In this document: positions 7,701-18,000 of the stretch, one piece after another | How positions within the stretch are numbered: position 1 is the stretch's first letter | Layout of the letters: each line of letters starts with the position of its first letter | Notes under the pieces: generated by a model | What the model was told of the DNA's origin: nothing | Databases searched by the model: none | The model's input: the letters and a program-made list of their open reading frames with translations, nothing else | DNA from: a virus | Taxonomy: Duplodnaviria > Caudoviricetes | Reading direction: 5' to 3' (one strand) | Length of the DNA: 27,059 bases | IMG/VR virus record: IMGVR_UViG_3300006869_000083 | Coordinates: 1 to 27,059 of that record | Translations under genes and position numbers: made by a program

Positions 7701-9827
7701 AACTTTACAATGAACTCAGCAAATTTAGGTTATTACAGTGCTGGTAGCAGAAAGTATATTGGTAAATTATCTGACCCATTAGGAGATAGGAATTCTATAC
7801 ATGGAATAACTCACTCTTATGGAACTGGTAATAATAATGTTGGAAGATTGTATACAACTAAATATAGAAACTTAGCAACAGGTATGGATGTATATGGAGA
7901 AATGCCTGTAGTACCTTTATTAAACAATCAATTAAACAAACTTCAAAACATATTTACTGAGTTAGCTCATGACACTGTAGAAGTAAATAGATACGGTGGT
8001 GGTACTAAAAGATTTAATACAGCTAAAAATAGCGTTAATTGGAATGCATTTTCTGAATTTACAGGATTAAGTCCAGGTCAACTTAGACATATGGTACAGC
8101 AGTCAAGAACAGCTGGACAAGTTGACACTGGTTTTGATTACAGATTAGATTGGGAATTAAATCCAAGTGAAGACCCGGTCATAAGAAAAATTATAGATGG
8201 TGACGTTGAAGGAGTAGCTGAAGTTTTTGGTTTAAAGAATATTGATGGTCCTATGCATACTCTTGGAGGTAAAAAGATACCTTTGAATAGTCCTGCACAT
8301 CCAACAAATATGTTTAAAAAAGCTTTCTTAAATGATGCGGGTGTAGCAAGAGAAATACAAGTTTATACATATCAAGCTTACCAATCAGAACTAGCTGGAA
8401 TAATATCCTCATTAAAAGGAACAGCAAAAGGTGAAATGTTGGAAAGACAAATAAGACAATATGCTAGAGAAAACGCTGAAGTATTTATGAGGAGTCTGAA
8501 TAAAGCAATCTTAAACCATTTAGGTCTTTCTGAAACAGGAAGTGAACTACCATTTAGAGCATTTTTAAGACAAGTAGCATTAACTGTTAAATATTGTAAA
8601 TTAAATGCAACTAAAAATGCAAGTTCAATAAGAAACAGAATGGGTGAAACTAAGTTATTAACTGAAGAAATTGCAGATGTTTTTTACCAATCTGATGGAA
8701 AATTAGATTTAGATTTAATTAACTCTTCTAATGTTCAACTTATACCTGACGAAGATGGTATTAAATTGGTAGCTAAAGATGCATCAAATAATGTAGTTAA
8801 AGTGTTAGCTAATGAAGGAGACTTTAGCGCTAAAGAAGCTGCCTTAATGGAATTCTATAGTGAAGAGTGGAGAAACAAAAGTAACTTTGCTGCAGACCCA
8901 AAATATGGTATTCACGGAAATAAAGCTTTCAGAGATTTAGGAATGGACCCTGCTGATTTAACATTTGACAATATTTATAGTCAGGCAGGTTTAGATGCTC
9001 AAATTCAAGCATTGGTTAATAATGCACATCCAGGTGATAGAGGTAATAAAGAAAAAATATTATCTATAAAAAGAATGCTAGCAGATTCAAATAACAATAA
9101 TTTTGAAAGCGGACCTGAGTTAAAAGGTAAATTTAAAAATGGAATTGAAGTTGGTGTTGACCAGGGTTTAGAAAAAGTAGTTGTTGATGCATTAAGAGAC
9201 CCTTTCCCTTCAAGTGAATCAGTAATGAGAGGGATGGGTCCAATATACAATAGAGGTAAAACCTTTACACATGTACTTAGACTAGCAAAATACGGAGTAG
9301 CTAGCCATAGAGAAGTAGCACAAGAGTATTTTAAAAGTTTAAGAAAAACAGCTAGAACAGTAAGCGATGAAACTGTTTACAGTGATTTACTTGCTTTATC
9401 TGCCGCAAGAGGACAATCATCTGCAGTAATGGGTAGAACAAACGAATTGGCTAAATTTGTGGAGCAAATGTGGTACGCTTCTGTTCCAACAGGGGGACAA
9501 AGTGGAGGTAAAGCTGTGAGAGTAACTAATTTTTTAGCTAGTAGAAAAGTAGAAGATGCAAATAAATTTAGAGAACTCCCACCTGAATATCATAAATTAG
9601 TTAGAGCTTTACATATGTTAGGTTTTAACTTTAAAAATTTTATTGAAACAAATCATGGTGCAATACCAACTTTGAGCACAAATGACTTTAATGAAATAGC
9701 AAAACTGTTAAAAATGCATGCTACATCACCTGCAAGGTCTGAAGAATATCTTTCTAGAGCTCTTGCTGGAAGGTTCTGGAATCAAGGACCAAACCCAATA
9801 GAATATAGTCCATGGCCTCGTGGTTAA
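4701..9827 (+). CDS. Giant (1708 aa) basic protein in the HK97-gp10-like tail-completion slot
   Basis: TAATG-coupled to the head-closure gene and followed by the tail terminator. Internal PTRGQIRKSI ... IAQIEYGG ... PSHFM resembles the gp10 signature. The ORF is certain; the function is inferred. Confidence 0.55.
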   Translation: MAYRLGSATRQFFKTGGITLTDKSSKYGPGKIPLFKSLKNLNPRERVYAVGYNLTTLGSFGLDLGQIVSVPYLIGEYTNTARSVVKNLKQPTNLLGGQVLKRQKLLGGAKYVGKTKGAISRALRTGTPVDRATNIILGRESAGLLKNIREFGSAGALMEVVQTADARKMDAEILRQAQLPSKNNVFQKWQVLTFTEAFKGAPDPFRDNPMRKAEKIRSKTVKTKGDTFDVTSLQFNQDLNVGINATRANQLMSIADAQNFGGAAGFQGDIVNSILDAESLDYFKGKNKYEKLSTERRIRAMEQAEYNSIGKIMRSNSTQTRDYEDRETLKEGYTHLNTARNERGEKVQDIVYDPENQRMSTLKQRDLQNKLNAEFLRSWHNDIGAGGAVDFDVLSSFELGPDILNEMKNVAAAFNFPFPKLDKMSAAGMTDLLTQMVTTVSSFEVKQGFFVGAGMQASSLQNLVDALRKNGYTTLAKVIKSQAGFTKKSNPGLDILPFNLNKGFLKGRNNIINNLQGAMNQGVLYSLVSGKNPGDVDLGYRFQPTGDIFSNTKMMREYLGRKGSTKYSLGKIQFLDSDTGPPVVKSYRGVTGDHMTLPKTKKYFNKLGVGDVTGGGSGFHSTVKEPNRDRYFSYEDFLSGNVKGMSVELAPNGKFKKLHLTGSVHRQFKKTGKVYGKPEQWWMNKLTRMHSEFANNLKLIGMGSILNELTGATVSTDKGSLTRKIEKAMLDNGKRSNLIENMTGTTYGGSVFHEGKTSFQGKSTALKNSHNYVPTRGQIRKSIHMHDMDRFGRNENDGTPYLFRFSVSAGGSNKNSKTADAIRDIAQIEYGGFAHDKNMQIEKRTDGMFFLPSHFMGIAGTKSAAYLGIWDKGTEFRSNVDGMDFAAKISGSGAISPLDLKGDGPNRSRTRFDVKQIKEDMRQGKNRLAKLEKDLTQVFKDGARTNSSFNSAEARIASQKSLALFRNTGQFGNMSGGDLFTSMDDVTRGNLGITGDKVASNFTMNSANLGYYSAGSRKYIGKLSDPLGDRNSIHGITHSYGTGNNNVGRLYTTKYRNLATGMDVYGEMPVVPLLNNQLNKLQNIFTELAHDTVEVNRYGGGTKRFNTAKNSVNWNAFSEFTGLSPGQLRHMVQQSRTAGQVDTGFDYRLDWELNPSEDPVIRKIIDGDVEGVAEVFGLKNIDGPMHTLGGKKIPLNSPAHPTNMFKKAFLNDAGVAREIQVYTYQAYQSELAGIISSLKGTAKGEMLERQIRQYARENAEVFMRSLNKAILNHLGLSETGSELPFRAFLRQVALTVKYCKLNATKNASSIRNRMGETKLLTEEIADVFYQSDGKLDLDLINSSNVQLIPDEDGIKLVAKDASNNVVKVLANEGDFSAKEAALMEFYSEEWRNKSNFAADPKYGIHGNKAFRDLGMDPADLTFDNIYSQAGLDAQIQALVNNAHPGDRGNKEKILSIKRMLADSNNNNFESGPELKGKFKNGIEVGVDQGLEKVVVDALRDPFPSSESVMRGMGPIYNRGKTFTHVLRLAKYGVASHREVAQEYFKSLRKTARTVSDETVYSDLLALSAARGQSSAVMGRTNELAKFVEQMWYASVPTGGQSGGKAVRVTNFLASRKVEDANKFRELPPEYHKLVRALHMLGFNFKNFIETNHGAIPTLSTNDFNEIAKLLKMHATSPARSEEYLSRALAGRFWNQGPNPIEYSPWPRG

Positions 9828-9853
9828 ATAACAAAACAATAGTTATTTATATA

Positions 9854-9859
9854 TATAAT
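9854..9859 (+). promoter_or_regulatory. Putative -10 box (TATAAT) of a leaderless promoter
   Basis: Consensus hexamer exactly 6 nt before ATG 9866; the intergenic gap has no Shine-Dalgarno. Confidence 0.5.
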
Positions 9860-9865
9860 TAGTAC

Positions 9866-10336
9866 ATGCCAACTACAGGACAACCCGTACCACCAGACGC
9901 TGAAATTATATTCAGAAAATTTTTAACAACCAAAACTGGTATTACAGACTTGGTAGACAATAGAATAGCAACAAGATTACCAAGAGATGCTGAATTACCA
10001 TTCCTAGTATTTATTAGAGCAGGTGGTATTTTAGTAAGACCTACTTCACAAGTACATATACAATCTGCAATATTTCCAATTATTGCTTATGCAGGACAAT
10101 GGGGTGGAGATGATACTAAAGCAAACCCTGATTATGGTGGAGCAATGCAATTGGCAAACGCTGTAATACAAGAATGTTTCAATATGGAAAACGAATATAT
10201 TACTACAGATGATTCAAGTACTAGAGCTAAAATATACGGAATAGACATTCTTCAAATGCCAACAAGAATAGATGAAGTTTCTACTGGTTTAGGTAGATAT
10301 GACTTTTCAGTTGGTATGACTTATAGAGCAGTTTAA
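9866..10336 (+). CDS. Tail terminator protein
   Basis: 156 aa; PDAE, LVDNRIATRLP, LPFLVFIRAGG and C-terminal RY pattern; position before the major tail gene. Confidence 0.8.
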   Translation: MPTTGQPVPPDAEIIFRKFLTTKTGITDLVDNRIATRLPRDAELPFLVFIRAGGILVRPTSQVHIQSAIFPIIAYAGQWGGDDTKANPDYGGAMQLANAVIQECFNMENEYITTDDSSTRAKIYGIDILQMPTRIDEVSTGLGRYDFSVGMTYRAV

Positions 10337-10386
10337 TTTTTATAAATACCACATATTTCTAAACAATCATATACCATTTAAGTATT

Positions 10387-10659
10387 ATGTTTGCTAAAAA
10401 AACAATGAAGATAAAAGTCAGTCCCTTGTTTACAAAGGCTGATGTTGTGCGTGATACCGTAACAGGTATTAAATTCACTAGCAAAGAATGGGTAGAGGTT
10501 GATGTCAAAGATGGAGAAAGATTGTTAAAAAATAACATGAACATCTTTATCGTTGATGAGGATTCAGTGGAAGACAATGAAGCTGATTCCAACATTGGAT
10601 ACGACACTGTAGATTCCTCAAATGAGGATATCTTCGAAGATATACTAGAAGAAGAATAG
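10387..10659 (+). CDS. Small hypothetical protein with acidic tail
   Basis: 90-aa ORF filling the gap between terminator and major tail genes; the start could be the second Met (MKIKV). Confidence 0.65.
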   Translation: MFAKKTMKIKVSPLFTKADVVRDTVTGIKFTSKEWVEVDVKDGERLLKNNMNIFIVDEDSVEDNEADSNIGYDTVDSSNEDIFEDILEEE

Positions 10660-10672
10660 CAGGAGAAGTTAA

Positions 10673-11326
10673 ATGGCAACTTATACTAATGGTACGATTA
10701 ACGAAGTATTAATCGGTACTGGTGTACTTTATGTCGGAGATAGAGCTAACGTAGCTTTCCCAGCTGATGACGGAGCAGGTGCTTTTCAAACACCAGCTGT
10801 AGCATCAGCAAACTGGAGAGACATCGGATATTCCGAAGATGGTTGGACTCTTGAAATGGACAGAACTTTTGAAGACATTTTAGTCGCAGAAGAAGTAGAC
10901 CCAATTAAGACAATTAAAACTGCTCAGGAAGCAAGGTTAATGGGTGAGCTATCACAGGCATCACTTAAAAACTTGTCAATAGCTATGGGACAACTCGACA
11001 CTTATGTCGACGAGGACAGTACTTTATTTACAACAGATTATGATGTAATAAAAGCCCCAATTACTGACTCATTCAGCGAATTAGCTGGATTGTTAATACT
11101 TGAGGGTCCAGCAGGTGCTGATAGGCAAATACATATGCCTAGAATGGTATCAGTTGGAGCTTTCTCAATGTCACACGCTAAAGCACCACAAAAAGTGGTT
11201 ATAGCAACTGAGTTTAAGTTGTTAGTCCCTGATGATACATTAAATGTTGGAGCTACAGGTGGTAAAAAACACCTCTTCATCATTGTTGATAACACAGGCG
11301 ACTCAACAGAATTTGATGTCAACTAA
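10673..11326 (+). CDS. Major tail (tube) protein
   Basis: AGGAG RBS; VLIGTGVLY, WRDIGYSEDG and EEVDPIK patterns; precedes chaperone and tape measure genes. Confidence 0.88.
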   Translation: MATYTNGTINEVLIGTGVLYVGDRANVAFPADDGAGAFQTPAVASANWRDIGYSEDGWTLEMDRTFEDILVAEEVDPIKTIKTAQEARLMGELSQASLKNLSIAMGQLDTYVDEDSTLFTTDYDVIKAPITDSFSELAGLLILEGPAGADRQIHMPRMVSVGAFSMSHAKAPQKVVIATEFKLLVPDDTLNVGATGGKKHLFIIVDNTGDSTEFDVN

Positions 11327-11371
11327 TAGTTGATATAAGTATTAATTTACATATAGGAGATAAAGGTCGGT

Positions 11372-11722
11372 ATGGACGACAAAAAATTTAAAGACTTTGA
11401 TGCAGCTTTATCTGAAGCTGACAATGAAAAAGTTAAATTCGTAATAGCAGGAAAACAATATGAACTTCCTGGTCAGCTACCAGCAAGAGTAGTTCTTACC
11501 CAAATGAAATTAATGGATTCTAATGGTGGTATGGAAGCTAACAATCTACCATTATGGTTAGAATCATTAGTTGGTAAAGATAATCTAGAGGAAATGTTAG
11601 ACGCAGGTGCTACATGGCCTCAATTAGATGAACTACTTCAATTCCTACTTGAAGCATACAATATTTCTGATGAAGAAAGTGCTGAGGTAGATGCGGAAGG
11701 TGAAGCTGACCCAAAAGCATAA
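11372..11722 (+). CDS. Tail assembly chaperone (lambda gpG analogue)
   Basis: AGGAG upstream; position between major tail and tape measure genes; ends in a slippery heptamer (..DPKA*). Confidence 0.85.
   Translation: MDDKKFKDFDAALSEADNEKVKFVIAGKQYELPGQLPARVVLTQMKLMDSNGGMEANNLPLWLESLVGKDNLEEMLDAGATWPQLDELLQFLLEAYNISDEESAEVDAEGEADPKA
11710..11716 (+). other. Programmed -1 ribosomal frameshift site C CCA AAA
   Basis: X-XXY-YYZ heptamer in the correct phase just before the stop; the -1 frame stays open to 12078. Confidence 0.85.
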
Positions 11723-12078
11723 CATTTAGCTTACACGAAATACTAGAACGTTGGTCTAGTATAGAAGCTGACTTCCTTCGCTGGTACAAAATAGATAATC
11801 CATTAAATATATCATGGAGAAGATTTATGGTATTAATTGGTGGGTTGCCATTTGACAAATCATTATTTTTGTCACCTTATTATTCTGCATTCTTGGATTC
11901 TGATAATGATGAAACAGAAAGTGCACCTAATAATATAAGAAATACTAAACAAGAATACGACCGGAAAGCCAACAGAACTGGAAGGATGCGTAGTAGGATA
12001 TCATTAGACGATTTTATTGCCCAGTCGGATGGGCTAGGTAGTAGAACAACCCTTAATGACATTTCTAAAGACGAGTAA
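11716..12078 (+). CDS. Frameshift extension of tail chaperone (gpGT analogue; fused product about 235 aa)
   Basis: -1 frame reads SITFSLHEILERWSSIEADFLRWYKIDNPLNISWRRFMVLIGGLP..., running into the tracked 11827..12078 ORF, which lacks its own good RBS. Confidence 0.82.
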   Translation, partial: SITFSLHEILERWSSIEADFLRWYKIDNPLNISWRRFMVLIGGLPFDKSLFLSPYYSAFLDSDNDETESAPNNIRNTKQEYDRKANRTGRMRSRISLDDFIAQSDGLGSRTTLNDISKDE

Positions 12079-12081
12079 TAT

Positions 12082-15000
12082 ATGGCATCAATAGACGCAT
12101 TTAAAGTACGTGCAGTAATCGAAGCTGGTTACGATAAAGCTTCTCTAAGAAAAGCAAATAGTGAGATAGCTCAATCATTCAATGGAATGAAAACCAAGCT
12201 AGCAAAAGTTAATGCTATTGCTGCTAGTGCTCAAACTAACTTTATGATGGTTGGTGCTACTATTGCTGCATCATTTGCAGCTGGTGTTGGTGCCGCAGCT
12301 AGCTTTGAAGAACAATTTGTTAGAGTAAAGAAAACATTAGATATAGCTGGTGACTCAAAACAAGTAGAAAAATCTTTAGATTCCATATCTAAAAAATTAA
12401 GAGATTTAACTAAACTTTCTCCAGCAACCACAGATACAGTAACAGAGATTGCTGCAATTGGTGGACAGTTAGGTGTAGCTGCTAAAGATATTGTTAGCTT
12501 CACAGATACAATACAAAAACTTACAATAGCAACAAACCTATCCGCAGAAAATGCAGCTATGGCTATGTCAAGACTTCAAGAAATAACTGGCACAGCAACT
12601 TCAGAACTAGATAACTTAGGTTCGTCACTTGTTGCATTAGGTAACAACTTTGCTGCTCAAGAATCTGAAATAGTTACAGCAGCATTACAAATTGCAACTT
12701 CTACAGCTCAGATACAAGGTGAAATGAATAATGCAGCAGTTGACGCTTTAGCATTTTCAACTGCACTTAAAGCTATAGGTCAGCCGTCACAAGCAGGTGC
12801 TACAGCAATTGTAAGATTAATGTCTGAAATGTCTGAAGCAATTGCTCAGGGTGGAGACAATCTTGAAATGTTTGCTAAAGTTGCAAGAATGTCTGTTCCT
12901 GCATTTGAACAGTTATTTAAATTAGATTCATCACAAGCAGTAGCAGCATTTATAAAAGGATTAGAAGATACTTCTAGCGTAGGTCTTACAAACATATCTG
13001 TACTACAAAAAATGGGATTGGGTCAGGTAAGAACACAAAAAGCAATACTAGCTTTAGCAAAAGCAAACGATACTTTATATGATGCATTAAATACTGCTAA
13101 TGAAGCATACTTAGAAAACAATGCATTAACAGAAGAAGCTGAGAGAAGATATGAAACATTATTCTCTGAACTACAAAGAGGAAAAAATTTAGTAAAAGCA
13201 GAATTTATAGATTTTGGGCTAGATAATTTAGATGGTGCTAAAAACATTGTAAAAGATTTAAACAACTTTTTATTCGCAACAACAAAAGCTGCAACTACAT
13301 TATTTGCTAAATTTTCTGGAGGATTAGGTGTTCTTGGAGTAGCTTATTCTATATTAAGAGGAGTAAAAATATCATTAACTTCTTCTGCTACAGAAGGTGG
13401 AATACTTGCTGCTAGCTTGGAAAGAGCTCAAGGTGCTGCAGCCTTATTGAAATCATCTTTAGGTGAAGTCGCTTCATTAACAGCTGTTAGTGCTGAAGGT
13501 GCCAGCGTAGCTGCATATGCTACAAAAACAAGAATGTTCAAAGGAGACATAGGATTACCATTTAATACACTAGGTCCATCTGGATTGATGGAAAGGTTAA
13601 TGCCTGGAAAGTACCAGATGCGTTTAATGGAGACACTAGCAAATCCTGCTGTAACTTCATTAATTTATGGTGGAAATATTCCTAAAGAATTATATGGTCT
13701 TTCTAACTATGCAGCAAAAGTACAAGAAATACAAAACCAACTTGTAAGTCCTGGTCTGAGAAATAACGCTACTGCTGATGCATTTGGGATAGGAGCTTAT
13801 GCAAAAGCAACTGCTGAACAATTAGCTTTACAAGAATTATCAGTATCTAATGACCCATTTATGACACTTGGAGAAGAAAAAATGCGTGGAGGATTTAGAA
13901 GATTTGCTCCTACCAAAATGGGTAAACTTAAACTTCAATTACTAAAAGGACAAAGCGCTGCAATATTAAAATTAAGAAAAGTCCAATCAAAATTGTCTAT
14001 CGATGAAAAATCTTTTGCAGAAAGAATAAATGTTACTAATCAACAATTTTTAAGAAGAAAAACATTATTAAATGATTTAAATGCATTCATGGGTGCTGCT
14101 AGAGGTAAGGGTAAGGGATTTAATCAAGTACTAGACAAACAAATAGAAGCTCTATACGGAGACCAGTTAGATTTTGGTAATATGGGAAGACTTGATAGAG
14201 CTAGATTAAGAAAATCTGCATTACAGGGACAAAGTAAAGCATTCAATGATGTAGTAGCTTCGTTACAAGAGAAAGTTAAAAATACTGGAGAAGCAACTGC
14301 ATCAGAACTTCAATTCTTAGAAGCTGTTGACAAAGGTAGAGCAGGCTTGGGTAGGTTTACAAATGCTGTTATGGGAACTGTTAAAGCTCTTGGTAAGATG
14401 CTTATATACACAGTAGCAATACAAGGTATATTCAAATTAGTTGGAAAGTTTGGTGCAGCTGCTAGAGGTGTTGAAGAATATTCAGCTGCTTTATCAGAAG
14501 CATCAGAAAAACTAAATGAACTTTACATGAATCAATTAAAACTTGACCAGTTACAATCTGGTGGAGTATTAGATGAAATAACAGATAAAGCAGTATTAGA
14601 AAATGCGCTCAAAAAAATAGAACAACTTGAAGCTGCTAATCAAAAAGCTAGAAGAGAACTAGCAGCAGAGTTAGGTCAATCGTTTGTAGAAAACATAATT
14701 ATCGCAAGAGCAGGTAGAGAAAGTAAAAATCAAGGTGGTTACTTAGAATCATTAATTAAACAAGAAGCTATAGCTTTCAAAAAATCTGAAGCAGATATCA
14801 GACAAGACATTGGTACTGCTGTAGGAAATGTAATACTTAATGCAGTAGACCCAGAAAATCTAAAAAGAACAGGAGGAAAGCTTCCTACTATACAAGAACT
14901 TATGGATAGTTTATTGTTTAGCGATACCACAATAGATGCAAGTGGATATAAAGATATATACATACCATCAGATTTATTTAGTGGAGTTTCATCAGGAATG

Positions 15001-18000
15001 CTTATAGCTTTACAAGAGTCTTCTGATAAAAGAATAGGCTCTAAAGAAATATTCGCAATGACAGGATTAGATAATCTTAATGACCCAAATGTTTTAGGAG
15101 AGCTTTCAAATGACTTAATGAATTGGGGTAAAAAACTTGGATTAGGAGATGAAGGTATTCTTAAATACATTATGGGCGATTTAAAACAATTTGATTTTAC
15201 TCCGGGTCAAAGTGCTATGGAACAGCTCAAAAATATGTTTAATACATTTAGAGATATCTTCGGTGAAGAATACACAGACCAAGATGTAGCACAATTTGTT
15301 TTTGATATAGCAAAAGCAATATCAACAGCTGAAGGTATTGTTGGTACAAGTTTAGAAAATATTGAAGCTAACTTTAAAAATACATTAGGACCAGGTTCTG
15401 GTCTTGGTAGAGAAATTAAGAAATTCTTAGTAGCTAGATTAGAAGATTTCAGAGATACTGGAATTGTTACAGAAGAAGAAATTAAAAGGGCAGGAAATAA
15501 CTACCAAAGAATTGTTGAATTATATACAAAAACTTATGACAAGTTTACTAAAGATAACAAGCTAGCTTCTGATGAACTAAAGAAAGAATTGGGAATTACT
15601 GAGAATGCTGCTATACAACTTGCAGCAAGATTAGACAAAGCATTTACAGACGCGAGAAAATCATTAGTTAATTTGACAGCTCCATTACCTGATGATGCAT
15701 TTCAAGACATGACTGCTTTAGATGTGTTACTAAACACAATTAAAAAAAGTGCAGCACAAGCTAAGTTTGAAAAAACATTAACTGCATTGGGAGCTTTTGG
15801 TAAACCAGTATTAGCTGCTGAACTTGCAAAAGTTGGTGTAGGTGGATTAGATATGGCACAAACATATTTATCAAATCCAGCACTTGCTTCTGCACAGGAA
15901 ATGTATTTAAGAGGTCTTGGTGGTAGCGATTATGTTTCTGAAATAGTTCCTGAAGAAGCAGAAGATGCCGAAAAAGAAAGACTCGAAGAAATGGGATACT
16001 TTATGGGTGAAGCTTCTGTTATGGGTATTGTCAAAGGTATAGAAGAAAACTCTGAAGAAATAACAGATATGTTCGTAGAAGTATTAGACAACGCTTTTAA
16101 CAATGTATTTACATTGTATGGAATATTCTCTCCTTCAAGATTTACTGCAAAGCACATTGGTGAACCATTAATAGATGGTGTAATAGTAGGTATAGAAAAT
16201 GGTAAGTTAAAACTTAAAGATACTTTTGCAGCAGTTATTAATGATTCTGTAGCTGACTTCGAACTACCAGACATGAAAGGTAGTTATAAAGGAACAAATG
16301 TATCTTATGAAGAATTAGCAGGAAAAATATCAGGAAATAGTCAATATCTAACTAACGACTTTTTAACACAAGGTTTCTTATCAAGTTTAGGAACGACTAT
16401 GATGCAAAACTTAGATATGTTTGCAGAAAAGTTAGCTAAATCCTATCAACAAGCAAACTCTAGAATGCAAGAGGCTTTTGCAATAATCACACAAGTTACA
16501 AGAGCAGAAAGAGCTCAAACAGACCAAGCTAGAGCATTAGTTAAAGCAAAACAAGATTATGCTGCTGTATTACGTAGAGAAGCTTCTTTATCTGAAAGAT
16601 TAGAAAAGCAAAAAGAAAAACTTATGAAGTTAGAAGTTACTGGAATGGCTGGTAACATCACAGTCCAAGAACGTATTGGTCTTTTACAGAGAGAACTAGA
16701 TTTAACAGAAAGAAAGCGTAGATTAGATAAAGACTACACAGCTAGAGAACAATTAGATATTCAAGCTAAAGAAAAAGAAGTTGCTGAACTTGGAAGAATG
16801 TTTAATTTAGGAATAGTTAGTGCTTTAGAGGTAGACGCTGCTAGAGATGAACTTCGTGAAATGAAAGGGGAGTTTAAATCAGAAACAGAAAAAGAATTAT
16901 TTTTACTTGAATACTCTAATGCTTTAGAACAAAAAGCAGAATATGAAAAAGAAATATTAGAAATATCTCCAGAGCTAGTAGCTGCTAGAGATGCATATAT
17001 ACAATTATTAGATGAGCAAAAACTTATATCATTAGATGTACAAGCAGGTGCTAATGGAATTGCAGAAGCTGAAGAAAGAGTTGCTGAAGGTGTTTTATCT
17101 GTTGATGCAGCTTATGCAAACTTTAAAGAAAATGCTCCTGAATATGTTGACGAAATAGGTGCTCTTGAAGGTGCATTTGGTTCTGTAAACACAAGAGTTG
17201 AAACATTATTTGGATTAATCAATAATTTAACAAAAGAAGGAACATTTGATTTTAGTTCTTTGAAAACACAAATTAGTGATGTAACACAGGACCTTGCAGA
17301 CTTACTATTTGCAAGAGAAATGGATGAATTGTTAGATGCAGGTGGTGTATCAGGTTTTAGAAACGTGTATCAAACAGCAATGCAAGCAGCTCTTACTGGT
17401 TCAGGTATGGAAGGTAGAGGTTTTTCTCAATTAATGAGAATGGGTCTAACAAATTTAGACGCTTACCCAATATTAATGGAAGCTTACAATGCACTAGGTG
17501 GTAGTGATGGTAATGAAGTTAGCGACTTATCTAACATTGATAAGTATTCTAAGTTTTTTAAAGATTCGCAGTTTCAAAAAGCTAGAGTAAACAGACAAGG
17601 AAACATATTAAATAACGCATCATATGGTCAAGCTATGATTGATTTCTTAAATATGATGGGTATAGGTACAGTAGAAACTGATACTGGAGAACTTGGTTTT
17701 TCTATAACTAACGCGGAAGATATATCTAAAGGTTTAAGTAAAGAACTTATGGTTCTGGGTCTTAGAGGAATGCAAGAGTATGAATATATGAAAATACTAA
17801 ATTCTCAAATGGAAGCATTAGCTAATCGTAGAAGTGGACCTATAGTAGAAGAATTTTTTAATGATGATGACAAAGACGGTACGGGTCCTGGAACTCCTGG
17901 AAGGAACACAGTAGTAAACATAAATAGTTCAAATATTCCTGGTGGTAATTTACCTTCATATTTGAATGAGTTGCTATTTGGAACTGGCTCTGCTTTTGCT

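Noticed and set aside
4701-9827. Virion RNA polymerase or toxin identity for the giant protein
   Set aside because: No DxDGD-type motif in proper context and no other catalytic signature recognisable by eye.
11316-11336. Short inverted repeat at the end of the major tail gene
   Set aside because: AT-rich stem of about 9 bp with a 3-nt loop; too weak to call a terminator.
11827-12078. Stand-alone 83-aa gene
   Set aside because: Better explained as the end of the -1 frameshift extension.
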